Origin: an uncultured Bacteriovoracaceae bacterium
Lineage (GTDB): Bacteria > Bdellovibrionota > UBA2428
Length of the DNA stretch: 64,000 bases
Assembly (NCBI GenBank): GCA_964477895.1
Contig: CAYZFQ010000001.1
Span: forward strand, 343,750 to 407,749
Reading direction: 5' to 3'
Position 1 is the stretch's first letter; each line of letters begins with the position of its first letter. The notes under the pieces were generated by a model that was not told where the DNA came from, did no database searches, and saw only the letters and a program-made list of their open reading frames with translations. The position numbers were made by a program, and so were the translations under genes. Of the stretch, positions 10,166 through 19,927 are shown piece by piece.

Positions 10166-12349
10166 ATGCAAGCGGGGACAAGCCCTTCTGTGCGTCCCTG
10201 GGATCTCAAAGTTCAGTTTTTAAAGGGAGTCGGCGATAAAATCGCCAAGCTCTTTGCCCATGGTGATATCTACACTCTCTGGGATCTCTTTCTCTTTCTC
10301 CCCCGCACCTACGAAGACCGGAGACACTTCTCTAACTTTGACGAGATCGAGCAGGCTTCTCTCACGCAGTCGATGGTGATCGGCCGGGGTTGGATCGATC
10401 GCTACAATCATCGACCCGTAGGAGGGGGGCGAAAACGCGTTCTGGAAGCCGTGCTGCGCATGGAGAAGAACAATGCCCTCTCGCCTTATATTAATTTCAC
10501 TTGGTTCAACGACTTTGGCGGCTCGCTGATGAATCGCTTTCCTGCCGGGTCGGAGGTGATTTTTCGGGGCAAGGTCCAGGGCTTTCGTGGAGCTCTACAG
10601 ATTGTGCATCCTGATTTACTGGATGCGAACACCGTGTTGCCCGAATGGGAATTCGGCGCCTATGTGCCCGTCTACCGAGAAATCGGTGGACTTTCGACCA
10701 AGGTCATTCGCAAGATGATTTTCTACGCCTTTGGGCGCAAAGAATTTTTAGCCATTCCAGAGCTTCTTCCGCGCTCACTTCTCGATCGTTACAGTCTCCC
10801 CACTTTTCGGGAGAGCTTAAAAGAGATCCACTTTCCCAAGAAATGGGAACCTTCGGGGGCAGATCTGCGGGCGGATGGAATTTATTTTCGAAGAATTGTA
10901 TTTGAAGAACTTTTTATGATGGCCCTGGCTTTGCATTTGCGAAAAGCCCAGTGGCGAGCGGAAAGTGCCCGCGAAGTGGATCGCATTCCAGAGATAAAAT
11001 ACTCTGAGGCAAAACTTAGCCAGGAAATAAAGAAACTTCCCTATACTCTTACGGGCGATCAGCAAAAATCCTTGAATGATATTCTTCAGGATTTGTCACT
11101 AAGCAAAGATCGATCGCCCATGCATCGTTTGGTCCAAGGAGATGTGGGTAGTGGCAAAACCATAGTTGCCTTTTTATCAGCCCTAGCTGCTATGGATGCA
11201 GGATTTCAGGTGGCCTATATGGCGCCCACTGAAATTTTAGCTGACCAGCACTACCAAAATTTCTCAAAATTTTTCCCCGAGCACTCCCACCTGGCTTACC
11301 TGCTTAAGGGTGCTCTCACTCTAAAAAATAAAAAAGAAGTCAGGGCTAAGGTTGAAAGTGGCGAAGCAAGATTTGTGATCGGAACCCAGGCTCTGCTTAC
11401 CGAAGACACACTTTTTGAGAAACTTGGGCTTATCATCGTAGACGAACAACATCGCTTCGGTGTGGAGCAGCGCCTGGGCCTGAAGAGACAGAGCGCAAAG
11501 CTTTGGCCTCATTTACTTGTGATGACCGCCACTCCTATTCCGCGTTCGCTAGCGCTCAGTCTCTATGGCGACCTCAGTATGAGTGTAATTCGTGAGAAGC
11601 CTCCGGGGCGAACGCCTATTCGTACCCACATTGTAAAGCAGCGGGCTTATGCGGCTCTTAAAGAAAGGCTTCAGAAATTTTTAGATGAGGGTCGGCAGAT
11701 TTATATTGTCTACCCTCTGGTGGAAGAGTCTGAGGAGCTGGATCTTAAAGATGTGCAGAATGCTTTTAAAGAGTGGTCTCAGACTTTTGGCGAAAACCAA
11801 GTTGGGCTTTTGCACGGACGACTTAAGTCCAAAGATAAAGAGCAAGTCATGCGGGATTTCAAAGACGGCAAGATCAAAGTCTTGGTCTCCACCACGGTTA
11901 TCGAAGTCGGCGTGGACGTTCCTCAAGCCAGTGTGATTGTGATATTCCATGCCGAGCGCTTTGGCTTAGCCCAACTTCACCAGCTGCGCGGTCGGGTGGG
12001 GCGAGGTGCTACCCAAAGCTATTGTGTTTTAGTGGGGCCCGACAACCCGGGCCTACTCGTGGATGAGCGATTGAAGATTTTAGAACAAAGCGAAGACGGC
12101 TTTCTTGTGGCCGAAAAAGATTTGGAGATTCGCGGACCCGGTGAATTTTTAGGCCGCAAGCAAAGTGGTTTGCCCGGATTTCGGGTGGCTCATATTTTAC
12201 GGGATGTGGAGTTGCTCGAGGTCGCGCGCGAGGAGGCTCGGAAGATTTTGGAGGATGATCCTACGCTTAGGAAGGCGGAGAATCAGGCGCTGCGCGAAGG
12301 CTTGGTTTATTGGTGGAAGGGTCGCTTGGAGCTTACGCAGAGTGGGTGA
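10166..12349 (+). CDS. recG: ATP-dependent DNA helicase RecG
   Basis: RLVQGDVGSGKT, DEQHRFG, MTATPIPRSL, RFGLAQLHQLRGRVGRG, DLEIRGPGE; start placed at ATG 10166 after greA. Confidence 0.97.
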   Translation: MQAGTSPSVRPWDLKVQFLKGVGDKIAKLFAHGDIYTLWDLFLFLPRTYEDRRHFSNFDEIEQASLTQSMVIGRGWIDRYNHRPVGGGRKRVLEAVLRMEKNNALSPYINFTWFNDFGGSLMNRFPAGSEVIFRGKVQGFRGALQIVHPDLLDANTVLPEWEFGAYVPVYREIGGLSTKVIRKMIFYAFGRKEFLAIPELLPRSLLDRYSLPTFRESLKEIHFPKKWEPSGADLRADGIYFRRIVFEELFMMALALHLRKAQWRAESAREVDRIPEIKYSEAKLSQEIKKLPYTLTGDQQKSLNDILQDLSLSKDRSPMHRLVQGDVGSGKTIVAFLSALAAMDAGFQVAYMAPTEILADQHYQNFSKFFPEHSHLAYLLKGALTLKNKKEVRAKVESGEARFVIGTQALLTEDTLFEKLGLIIVDEQHRFGVEQRLGLKRQSAKLWPHLLVMTATPIPRSLALSLYGDLSMSVIREKPPGRTPIRTHIVKQRAYAALKERLQKFLDEGRQIYIVYPLVEESEELDLKDVQNAFKEWSQTFGENQVGLLHGRLKSKDKEQVMRDFKDGKIKVLVSTTVIEVGVDVPQASVIVIFHAERFGLAQLHQLRGRVGRGATQSYCVLVGPDNPGLLVDERLKILEQSEDGFLVAEKDLEIRGPGEFLGRKQSGLPGFRVAHILRDVELLEVAREEARKILEDDPTLRKAENQALREGLVYWWKGRLELTQSG

Positions 12350-12539
12350 GGGGGCTAGTGAGGTTTTTGGGTGGGGTTTGCGCTGTTAAGGTATTATCTG
12401 TCAGATTTATAGTGCGGCAGTTGGGGTGAAATCTAGGGGGAAACAATCAAGAGGCCCATGCATTTCGCAACAATAGTCGATCGGTAGGCTTTAGTTTAAA
12501 ATCATGGGTTGAAATTTTACTTTAAGTCTTCATCATTCT

Positions 12540-13343
12540 TTAGTGCTTCTTCAACGGACTTGACGCCTGATCGCGGGGGTCCTGAGGTATTTTGATAGTT
12601 ATTATCGCGACTGGAACGAATTCGGAAACACTCTTAAGACTGCCTTCTTCTTCATAGGTGACTTTAGTGTCTCCGTATGAAAAATATGGGACCTCTATGC
12701 CATTCACTGGAATTTTCCCTTGTATTGGAGCAATAATTCTCATCTTTGGATCGCTGGGATCTCGGAGAACTATATTTTTTCCATCATATGACTCTATGAT
12801 TTGAGCATGACTGAATGCGACTTCCTTTGACGAGGGTTTCAAAAAAGCGGTTATTAAAAGCTTTAATTCATTAGGACCTGGTTTTAATCGATTCGCGTCA
12901 AATTTACTTATGGGTATTAACGAAGGGGAAACCGGGCCGACTTCTATTCCCATTTGCACTCCCTCGACATCAAATTTAAGGGGTGAAATTTTCTTCTGCA
13001 GTTCTTTAAGTGCGTTAACCACCTCAAGTGGGGTCATACCCCCATTAGGTTTAACTGCATCCTTAACAAAAACCTCTAATAATCGCTGAGGATTTTCAAT
13101 AGGATCCTGACCGGAAGCTGCCGCGGCTCCTTGAAGGACATTCACGATACAAGTTGCGCCACATAGACCGCGCCTGCCGATAATGGAGGTCTGGTTGACC
13201 AAAAGATTTTTCGATGCAAGATCTTCCCACGAAAACGGATGTAGGAGTTTCGCGGCCGAAGGTTCTTCTAAATCAGCTGTACCATGATCGGCCGCAAATA
13301 TCGCCCAGCTCAAAAACATAACCCAACAGCAAAAACGATTCAT
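12540..13343 (-). CDS. Secreted papain-like (C39-like) cysteine peptidase
   Basis: Signal peptide; GLCGATC nucleophile motif, then SHAQII and VLRDPS (His and Asp-Pro) as in C39-like peptidases; AT-rich. Confidence 0.6.
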   Translation of the reverse strand: MNRFCCWVMFLSWAIFAADHGTADLEEPSAAKLLHPFSWEDLASKNLLVNQTSIIGRRGLCGATCIVNVLQGAAAASGQDPIENPQRLLEVFVKDAVKPNGGMTPLEVVNALKELQKKISPLKFDVEGVQMGIEVGPVSPSLIPISKFDANRLKPGPNELKLLITAFLKPSSKEVAFSHAQIIESYDGKNIVLRDPSDPKMRIIAPIQGKIPVNGIEVPYFSYGDTKVTYEEEGSLKSVSEFVPVAIITIKIPQDPRDQASSPLKKH

Positions 13344-13490
13344 TTTTAAAATTTTAACATATTGAGCACCTGCGTTTCAGAATTTAAGTACCCCTGGATT
13401 TTCGGTCATACGCCGTCAAAAATCCATCTGCCTTATTGACCAATGATTTCCTAAGTAATCTTGCATCAATAACCGCGAAATTTTCCGCCC

Positions 13491-13542
13491 AACAACCTGG
13501 CACGAAAAATCTAAGGTCCAACCTCAACCCTCAACGGATTGA
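13491..13542 (+). repeat. Truncated third copy of the peptide-gene promoter/leader element
   Basis: 45/52 identical to 811-862; stops before the SD and ORF. Confidence 0.8.
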
Positions 13543-13614
13543 AAGCAAAACGCCGGCCCCCCCCCCCTCACTCCTTCTTGACATGATGCGCAAAAACCCA
13601 CTATCACTGCGAGG

Positions 13615-14667
13615 GTGATTCTAAGCAAATGCCGAGCCAAGCTCCTTATATCGCTGATATTTTTTTCAGGCGCTGCGCAGGCTAAATTAGATTTTGCTAC
13701 AGCAACTGAAATACTCCGGACTTCCAGAAGTCATAGCAGTCAGGTAATAGCAGCGGCCATTTCCGAGCTTTTTTCCTATCAAAGAATTGAAGGACAAAGG
13801 CGGCAAGTTTTCGAAAGTCTGCCTTTGGCCGACAAAACTCTTTTTTTAAAACAAATCTCGAAACTCAGTCCAGCGGAAGCTTTTTCCTACTTAGAGTTTG
13901 CACCAACTTATATAGGACTCGCGAGTGCCCAGGTCAGCTCTGATTTGGAGATGAAGGCCTACGTTGAGGTCTACCTCGAAGTGCTTTCCCAATTTCAAGG
14001 ACGAGGAGTTAATTATCTCTGGGGGATCGTATCGACTCTTCCGCACTCTCCTTTTAGTCCGCAAGCGATCTCCCAAAAGGATGCTGCCATCGCTGAAATA
14101 TATTCTCGGCTGAGTCTGCTTGAGCATGATGAGAGCTTTTTGAACGTTGAAATTAATCAGGTTCAAAGCAGCTATAAGGTGACTGATATTCAGCCTCTGG
14201 AACTTCTCGAGACCCAGATGAGGGAAGGGGCTGCTCCCTTAGCTTTTTCTGCATGGAATCGCCTAGCCTTTGGCCTTACTAACCACCGAGGTCCACGTGC
14301 CCAGGCCCTGCGTCAAGACATCTTAGATCGCGCGTCTCCCGACATGGCCATCGCCGTGCTGACCGGTCTTCTTCGAGGCCATAACGACGCCGATACCTTC
14401 TATATTTTGCTCCGGGCCCTAGGTGAAAACTTTCGACCGGACTCCCTTGCTATTCGGCAAGCGGCTTTAAGGGGCCTTCTACACTTCGAGGGGCCTGGCG
14501 TTGAATTTCTACTGGGGCGCGTGCTCTCGTCCACCTATGCCAAACAGGGCTTTGAGAAAGACCTCATTAAGCACCTTCGCACGCATAAGCTCGGTCGCCT
14601 TCTGTCGTGCCCGGGCGCCTTCCCCAATTCGGCATTGCCTGCCACTCCCGAATCCTCTAAAAGGTAA
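13615..14667 (+). CDS. Secreted helical hypothetical protein (possibly HEAT-like)
   Basis: 350 aa, signal peptide ending AQA; TTGACA at 13578 and TATCAC 7 nt before the GTG. Confidence 0.65.
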   Translation: MILSKCRAKLLISLIFFSGAAQAKLDFATATEILRTSRSHSSQVIAAAISELFSYQRIEGQRRQVFESLPLADKTLFLKQISKLSPAEAFSYLEFAPTYIGLASAQVSSDLEMKAYVEVYLEVLSQFQGRGVNYLWGIVSTLPHSPFSPQAISQKDAAIAEIYSRLSLLEHDESFLNVEINQVQSSYKVTDIQPLELLETQMREGAAPLAFSAWNRLAFGLTNHRGPRAQALRQDILDRASPDMAIAVLTGLLRGHNDADTFYILLRALGENFRPDSLAIRQAALRGLLHFEGPGVEFLLGRVLSSTYAKQGFEKDLIKHLRTHKLGRLLSCPGAFPNSALPATPESSKR

Positions 14668-14669
14668 GC

Positions 14670-14867
14670 ATGATTAGCTTTGGTCACCTTATTATTCTTC
14701 TCGTGATCCTCCTTCTCTTTTTTGGCCCCACACGCATTGAAGGCGTGGGTTCGGCTTTGGGCCGTGCTGTACGCGGCTTTAAAAAGGGATTGGATGGGTC
14801 GGAAGATGAAGTGGCCAAAGCCAAAGACGTTACGCCGCCCAATGAGAAGAGCAGCACTCCGGCTTAA
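14670..14867 (+). CDS. tatA: Twin-arginine translocase subunit TatA/E
   Basis: N-terminal TM, FG hinge, amphipathic helix LGRAVRGFKKGL. Confidence 0.9.
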   Translation: MISFGHLIILLVILLLFFGPTRIEGVGSALGRAVRGFKKGLDGSEDEVAKAKDVTPPNEKSSTPA

Positions 14868-15982
14868 GGCCCCACTTTTGCTGGAAACCCTAGGGTTGAT
14901 CGATGCAACTGGCCCTTGGCCTTTTCTACAAATACTTTGTTGTTCTTCGTTGAAAAGCGAATCAACTCGCCTTCCAAAACTTCCCGACCTTTTTTTACGG
15001 AGGCAATTTTCTCGAGAATAATGTCGCCCGTAGCTGGGAAAAACTGCGCTTCTTGGCAGGTGGCGTGGCGCTCGTCTACGTAAATTTCCACCTTGCCCGA
15101 CATTAAAATTCTCTGAACTCCGTCCACCTCGTCCATGGTCATTTTCTCAGCGCTCATGCGCACATTGTCTTTGGTCGTGGACGTTACGTTGCCAATGGCC
15201 TCCGATTTTTTCATGGATCCATCTTCGGCAAATTCAATATTTAAGCCCAAGCATTCAATTCGCATATTCTGCACATGGGCTTTAATTTTTTGGGCCGGAC
15301 GAGTTCCCAAGCCCGGAGTGTCGAGGGTCATTTTCTTGGGGCGTTGTTGATCGAATAAAATCAGCAGGCGTTCACCCTGGAGGTCGAGGGCTTCTGATTT
15401 TACATTCACAGAACGCAAAAAGTAGGCTTGGTGAAGGTCGGGATAAACTGTGGCGTTCTGAGCTTTGATTTCTAGACCCTTTCCCTTAGCAATTTTTTGT
15501 TCGGCCACCACATTTTGAAGGATCTGATACTTTTTCTGGATGAGTTCAATTTTTAGCCCCTGACCGGTCATTCTCAGGCTGGCGTCTTTGCGAGCGGCAG
15601 CCTCATTATGGGCCTCTACCTTCTCGTTGCTCGTCAAAATCTTCTCAGTTGCGTTGTAGGCTGCGTCGGTGGTTTTGAACAAAAAACCATCGGGACTTAA
15701 AACCTGGGATTCTCCGAAAATCTGGAAGTCTTGGTTGGCCGTGTTGAGCAGTCCCTGTCGTCCGCGCAGCTCGAAGGGCTCTTCCTTCTCCCCGTAGAGA
15801 AGGGCTAGGATCTGGTCCAATACGCTCAGGTTTTCGGCCTTAAAGATGCGGGCACTGTCGGCTCGAAGCTCCAGATTTCGCTTCTGCATTTTGCTTTCAA
15901 TCATGTGGAAGCCCTGAATCTCTACGGTGGGGCGTCCGTGAGGCATAACTAATGCGGCGAGTAACAGCGTGCCTCTCTTCAT
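14864..15982 (-). CDS. LptC-LptA-like (OstA beta-jellyroll) LPS export fusion protein
   Basis: LptC-like N-part (LELRADSARIF, G..NTANQDFQIFG, FKTTDAAYN), then LptA/OstA-like repeats (EAIGNV, ILMSGKVEI, IILEKIASVKKGREVLEGELI); start placed at ATG 15982. Confidence 0.7.
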   Translation of the reverse strand: MKRGTLLLAALVMPHGRPTVEIQGFHMIESKMQKRNLELRADSARIFKAENLSVLDQILALLYGEKEEPFELRGRQGLLNTANQDFQIFGESQVLSPDGFLFKTTDAAYNATEKILTSNEKVEAHNEAAARKDASLRMTGQGLKIELIQKKYQILQNVVAEQKIAKGKGLEIKAQNATVYPDLHQAYFLRSVNVKSEALDLQGERLLILFDQQRPKKMTLDTPGLGTRPAQKIKAHVQNMRIECLGLNIEFAEDGSMKKSEAIGNVTSTTKDNVRMSAEKMTMDEVDGVQRILMSGKVEIYVDERHATCQEAQFFPATGDIILEKIASVKKGREVLEGELIRFSTKNNKVFVEKAKGQLHRSTLGFPAKVGP

Positions 15983-16009
15983 GATGAAAAGTAATTTACA
16001 ATGGTGGGC

Positions 16010-17668
16010 ATGGCCTTGAATACCGCAGTAGTGAAAAAATATATTTCTTTGGGCTTCCTTCTTTGGTCTGGGGTCATGCTCTTCTCCCCGGAATTGGGGG
16101 CCCAGGCGAAGAAAGCCCCGCTCCCGAAGGCCGCTGAGGTAAATAGCTCCACTAGCCCCTGGCCCTTTGATCATCGCCAGATCCTCCTCGTTAAGGACGA
16201 GAAACAGAACTTTCCCGACGATGCCGCAGTGGCGCAGTTGATGGATATTTTTGTTAAGAGGGGCCGGGTGCGCTGGGTGACCATGAAGGCAGGAACCGCG
16301 CAAATACTTCCTGTAGATGTTCCTCAGGATTTTGCCTGGCAGTCTACAAACGCTGTGCGTGAATTGGGTTTAAAATACAAAGTCGACGGCATTGTGCTCC
16401 TGGTTCAAAAAGGTGTGCAGCTTGATTTGCGTTGGTACGCCACTTTAGATGGGCAGCCACTTTTTTTTGAAACCCTCAGCTTGCCAGCAGCGGGTAGTCC
16501 GGTGGAGGAAGCTTTGCGCAAAAAGCGACTCCAGGATTGGACTCATGAAATCTGGGATCGAATTCCAGGCTTAGGTTATGTGGTGAATCGCGATTTGGGC
16601 ACTCTTAAAATTGAGGGGGTTGCACAGAATAATGTGAAGGTGGGGACCTCTTTAGAAATTCGCAGACTTGTAGATATGGAGCGACACCCACTTTTGAAAA
16701 CTTTAAATGGGATGAAAACGCAGCTTACGGGACGGGCCACTTTAGCAGATGTGGCGGACCCACTTTCGACTGCAAAAATTGATTACGAGTCTCAGGTGGA
16801 TCCCATTCAACCAGGTGATCGCTACTTAGTGGTGCTTGGAAAGAAAGTTGACCCAGCACCCGGCGAAGCCGTCGCGACGGCAAAGCCAGAGCCAAATATC
16901 GACGAACAAGGTCGGGAAAAACTTTCACTCTTTGGTGAAGAAAGTACTGAAGAGAAAAAAATTAGTGAGCCCAACTCGGGCGGACTCGTGGATGCTTGGG
17001 CGGGGATTGCCTTGGGAACAGCACGCTACCAGGAAAATACCAATAACAACGTGTATAAGAGCACGGGTTTCGCGCCCAGTGTTGAGATGGGGGCGCGGCT
17101 TTACGTAACCAGTGAATGGATTTTAGAGGGCGACTTCGCCATGTCCTTTATCAACTATCGCAACACGCCTGATGCCTATGGTTCATCCATTTCTTCCACC
17201 ACCAACAAAGTGGGGATGGGTGCGGCTTACCGATTTGTATTTATGGATGAGGGCCCTCAAAAAGGGGAAATGATCATGGGTTTAGGCTACCAACGCTTCG
17301 GAATGTCTATGAGCCAAGTGCGAGCTGCCATTTCACCCTCCAGCAAAAATTATTCAGGTTTCAATGTTAACTTCGCGGTGCAAATTCCCGTGATCGACAA
17401 CTATGCCGCCTTCCTCAAAGCAAATCGCATGTTTGGCACCAATCTTACTGAGAGCCCCGCCAGTTCCGGCGCCGATAGTTCTGATACATACTGGGATGTG
17501 ATGATGGGGGCGAAGTATCGCTTGAATCCGAGTGCCGACATTTTCGGAGGTTATCGAATGGTTACGGCGAGCAGTGATTTCACTCGGCAGGGAAGTCGGG
17601 CGACTATGGCCGATAGCTCGCTGTACCGAGCTAATTTATTTTTTGCGAATTATTTGTATCGGTTTTAG
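16010..17668 (+). CDS. Outer-membrane beta-barrel protein with N-terminal periplasmic domains
   Basis: Signal peptide; C-terminal ~230 aa of alternating amphipathic strands ending in aromatic YLYRF. Confidence 0.7.
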   Translation: MALNTAVVKKYISLGFLLWSGVMLFSPELGAQAKKAPLPKAAEVNSSTSPWPFDHRQILLVKDEKQNFPDDAAVAQLMDIFVKRGRVRWVTMKAGTAQILPVDVPQDFAWQSTNAVRELGLKYKVDGIVLLVQKGVQLDLRWYATLDGQPLFFETLSLPAAGSPVEEALRKKRLQDWTHEIWDRIPGLGYVVNRDLGTLKIEGVAQNNVKVGTSLEIRRLVDMERHPLLKTLNGMKTQLTGRATLADVADPLSTAKIDYESQVDPIQPGDRYLVVLGKKVDPAPGEAVATAKPEPNIDEQGREKLSLFGEESTEEKKISEPNSGGLVDAWAGIALGTARYQENTNNNVYKSTGFAPSVEMGARLYVTSEWILEGDFAMSFINYRNTPDAYGSSISSTTNKVGMGAAYRFVFMDEGPQKGEMIMGLGYQRFGMSMSQVRAAISPSSKNYSGFNVNFAVQIPVIDNYAAFLKANRMFGTNLTESPASSGADSSDTYWDVMMGAKYRLNPSADIFGGYRMVTASSDFTRQGSRATMADSSLYRANLFFANYLYRF

Positions 17669-18539
17669 ATTTGGAAGCTCGTCCTAAACTTTTACTCAAA
17701 AGATACAGCATCCCCGCCCAAATAAAGGTGAAACCCAAAAGCTTTAGCGAGGTCATGCGCTCACCATAAATTCCCACTCCGCACAAAAACATAAGTGTGG
17801 GCGCAATGAACTGAAAAAATCCCATGAGGTAATAAGGTAGTCTTCGAACAGCTTCGGCAAACCAGAAAAGGGGTAGGCCGGTGACTATACCTGAAGCTAT
17901 TAAAAGCCCCCATTGGTAGCTGCTATGGGCCGCGAGGTTTTCACGGGAGAAATAAAAAAATATAATTGTGAAAGGCAAAAGTAATAAGGTCTCCAGCTGA
18001 CCTCCGGCCAAGCTATCAATCGGTAAGAGCTTTCTCACGTAACCATAAAGACTAAAAGACACCGCGAGAGCCAGGGCGATCCATGGAATGCGGTGGGCTT
18101 CGAGCGTGATAAGCAACACGCCCACACTTACAATTGCGATGGCGAGTTTATGATATCCCTTAAGTCGCTCTTTGAGGAAAACAGTTCCCAGTAAAATATT
18201 TACAAGGGGATTTATAAAGTAGCCCAAACTCGATTCAACAATTTTTCCGGAATTCACCGCCCAAATGTAGAGAAACCAGTTTCCTGAAATAAGCACGGTG
18301 CTCAAAAATAAATAGATTGTGTGGCGTAGTGTGAGGGCGGAAAAAGGCAGGAATTTTTTATCTCGATAAAATCGTAGCAAGCTGTAAAAAATGCAGGCCC
18401 AAAAAAGTCGGTGGCAGAGGACTTCAAAGGCCGGGATGTCTTTGAGGAGCTTCCAGAAGATAGGTAAAAAACCCCAGCTGACATAGGCGAGCAGAGCGTA
18501 ACGTACGCCTTCGTCGAAGGAGCGGTTTTCGGACTTCAC
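17631..18539 (-). CDS. rarD: EamA-family transporter RarD
   Basis: WGFLPIFWKLL, EVLCHR, NWFLYIWAVN, SLGYFINPL, QFIAPTL. Confidence 0.92.
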   Translation of the reverse strand: MKSENRSFDEGVRYALLAYVSWGFLPIFWKLLKDIPAFEVLCHRLFWACIFYSLLRFYRDKKFLPFSALTLRHTIYLFLSTVLISGNWFLYIWAVNSGKIVESSLGYFINPLVNILLGTVFLKERLKGYHKLAIAIVSVGVLLITLEAHRIPWIALALAVSFSLYGYVRKLLPIDSLAGGQLETLLLLPFTIIFFYFSRENLAAHSSYQWGLLIASGIVTGLPLFWFAEAVRRLPYYLMGFFQFIAPTLMFLCGVGIYGERMTSLKLLGFTFIWAGMLYLLSKSLGRASKSKTDTNNSQKIN

Positions 18540-18540
18540 G

Positions 18541-18813
18541 CTATTTTTTCTTAGGCTGAGGAAGGTCGCGCTGAATGACAGAATCGTTGGCGCGCACGCT
18601 ACCTGCTCGATCGCGATTCTGATGAATTTCTATCTCGCGGTAGGCCTCACTTGTTCCGGGTGCCGTGGGTGGAGCCGGAAAGGGAGAGGGACTACCCGTG
18701 GGTATAGGAGGGGGCGGCAAAAGATGCACATTTGGCGCCTTCTTTTCAGAAGTCGCAAAGACAGATAGGGATAAAAAAGCACTTAGTTTAAGTGTGGTTC
18801 TTAGTGCGGTCAA
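18541..18813 (-). CDS. Small proline-rich secreted hypothetical protein
   Basis: Signal-like N-terminus, PPPPIPTGSPSPFPAPP; in-operon position; start uncertain. Confidence 0.5.
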   Translation of the reverse strand: MTALRTTLKLSAFLSLSVFATSEKKAPNVHLLPPPPIPTGSPSPFPAPPTAPGTSEAYREIEIHQNRDRAGSVRANDSVIQRDLPQPKKK

Positions 18814-19072
18814 AGCGAGCTTTCTGGCGATTAAACCAATCGCGAAATTTGTCGTAAGACTCGTCTAATTCCAAAAGATTATCGAGACTTAGGTAATCCG
18901 TTCGAGCCGATACTTTTACTTTATCGGCATTGTAATAGGAATATTCGTCTTGGTTTAGTTCAACGGCTTCGACCCAGGCTTTAATGGCGTCTTTGAGCCA
19001 CATAGGAACGTTTCTGAGGTCGGCCTCGCGGGTATAATTTACCAGCTCCATTTTGATGTCATGTTGGTTCAT
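18788..19072 (-). CDS. Hypothetical protein
   Basis: 94 aa, starts 3 nt after the suhB stop. Confidence 0.65.
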   Translation of the reverse strand: MNQHDIKMELVNYTREADLRNVPMWLKDAIKAWVEAVELNQDEYSYYNADKVKVSARTDYLSLDNLLELDESYDKFRDWFNRQKARFDRTKNHT

Positions 19073-19075
19073 TGC

Positions 19076-19927
19076 TTATTCTTTTATCCTATCTAGGAGC
19101 CATTTGTGAAGAAATCCGTTGGAAGAAAGGATTTCTCCTGAAAAAAAATTAAGCTCTGAGCCATCGTGGTGACTGCATTCGCCGCCGGCTTCTTCCACAA
19201 GTAAAATTCCCGCTCCCGTGTCCCAGGGAGAAAGTCCCCATTCCCAGTAAGCGTCGATTCTTCCATTCGCAACAAAGGCCAAATCAAGGGCAGCAGAGCC
19301 GTCTCTTCTGACGCCTAGCGTTAATTTGGTAAGCTTTTTAAACAATTCAAAGGCTCTTTCCCCCGAGCTGGATCTTTCCGAGGCAAAGCCTGTGGTGAGG
19401 AGGGCCTGCGGGGGCTCTTTGACCTGGCTGACCCGAAGCTTTTGTCGGTTTAAAAAAGCTCCGTTGCCTCGGGAAGCCGTGAAGAGCTCATCGTTTACAG
19501 GGTTGTAGGTCACCGCACTTTGAACTTTCCACTTTCCATTTTTCTTTTCCGCAAACGCGGCCGTGGTGCAAAAAAAAGGATAGGCCCGGCTAAAGTTGGT
19601 GGTGCCATCGATGGGATCAAAAATCCAGAACGCATCAAAGTTTTTGGCAATTTCTTCGACCGACTTTTTGCCTGCAGCTACATTTTCTTCGCCAATTACG
19701 GGAATCCCGGGAAAGGCCGCTTCAAATTCGCTCTTTAAAAATTCGTCCATCCGTTTGTCGTAAAAAGTCACCAAATCTTTATGGGACGATTTTGTTTTCA
19801 TTTGCATGGAAGCGGTCCGACCCACAGCCGAGCCCGGGTTGGGAGCGTAGCCTTCCATGATCAAGGGTGAGCCTCGGCGTAGAATTTCTTCAGCCCGCTG
19901 GCTCATTTCAAGATAGGTTGCCTTCAT
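19076..19927 (-). CDS. suhB: Inositol monophosphatase family protein
   Basis: IGEE, WIFDPIDGTTNF, RRDGSAALDL, WDTGAGILLVEEAGG. Confidence 0.93.
   Translation of the reverse strand: MKATYLEMSQRAEEILRRGSPLIMEGYAPNPGSAVGRTASMQMKTKSSHKDLVTFYDKRMDEFLKSEFEAAFPGIPVIGEENVAAGKKSVEEIAKNFDAFWIFDPIDGTTNFSRAYPFFCTTAAFAEKKNGKWKVQSAVTYNPVNDELFTASRGNGAFLNRQKLRVSQVKEPPQALLTTGFASERSSSGERAFELFKKLTKLTLGVRRDGSAALDLAFVANGRIDAYWEWGLSPWDTGAGILLVEEAGGECSHHDGSELNFFSGEILSSNGFLHKWLLDRIKE

Noticed and set aside
15983-16303. Upstream extension of the LptC/A-like ORF (479-aa version)
   Set aside because: Overlaps the divergent barrel gene; the hydrophobic anchor begins at MKRGTLLL (15982)
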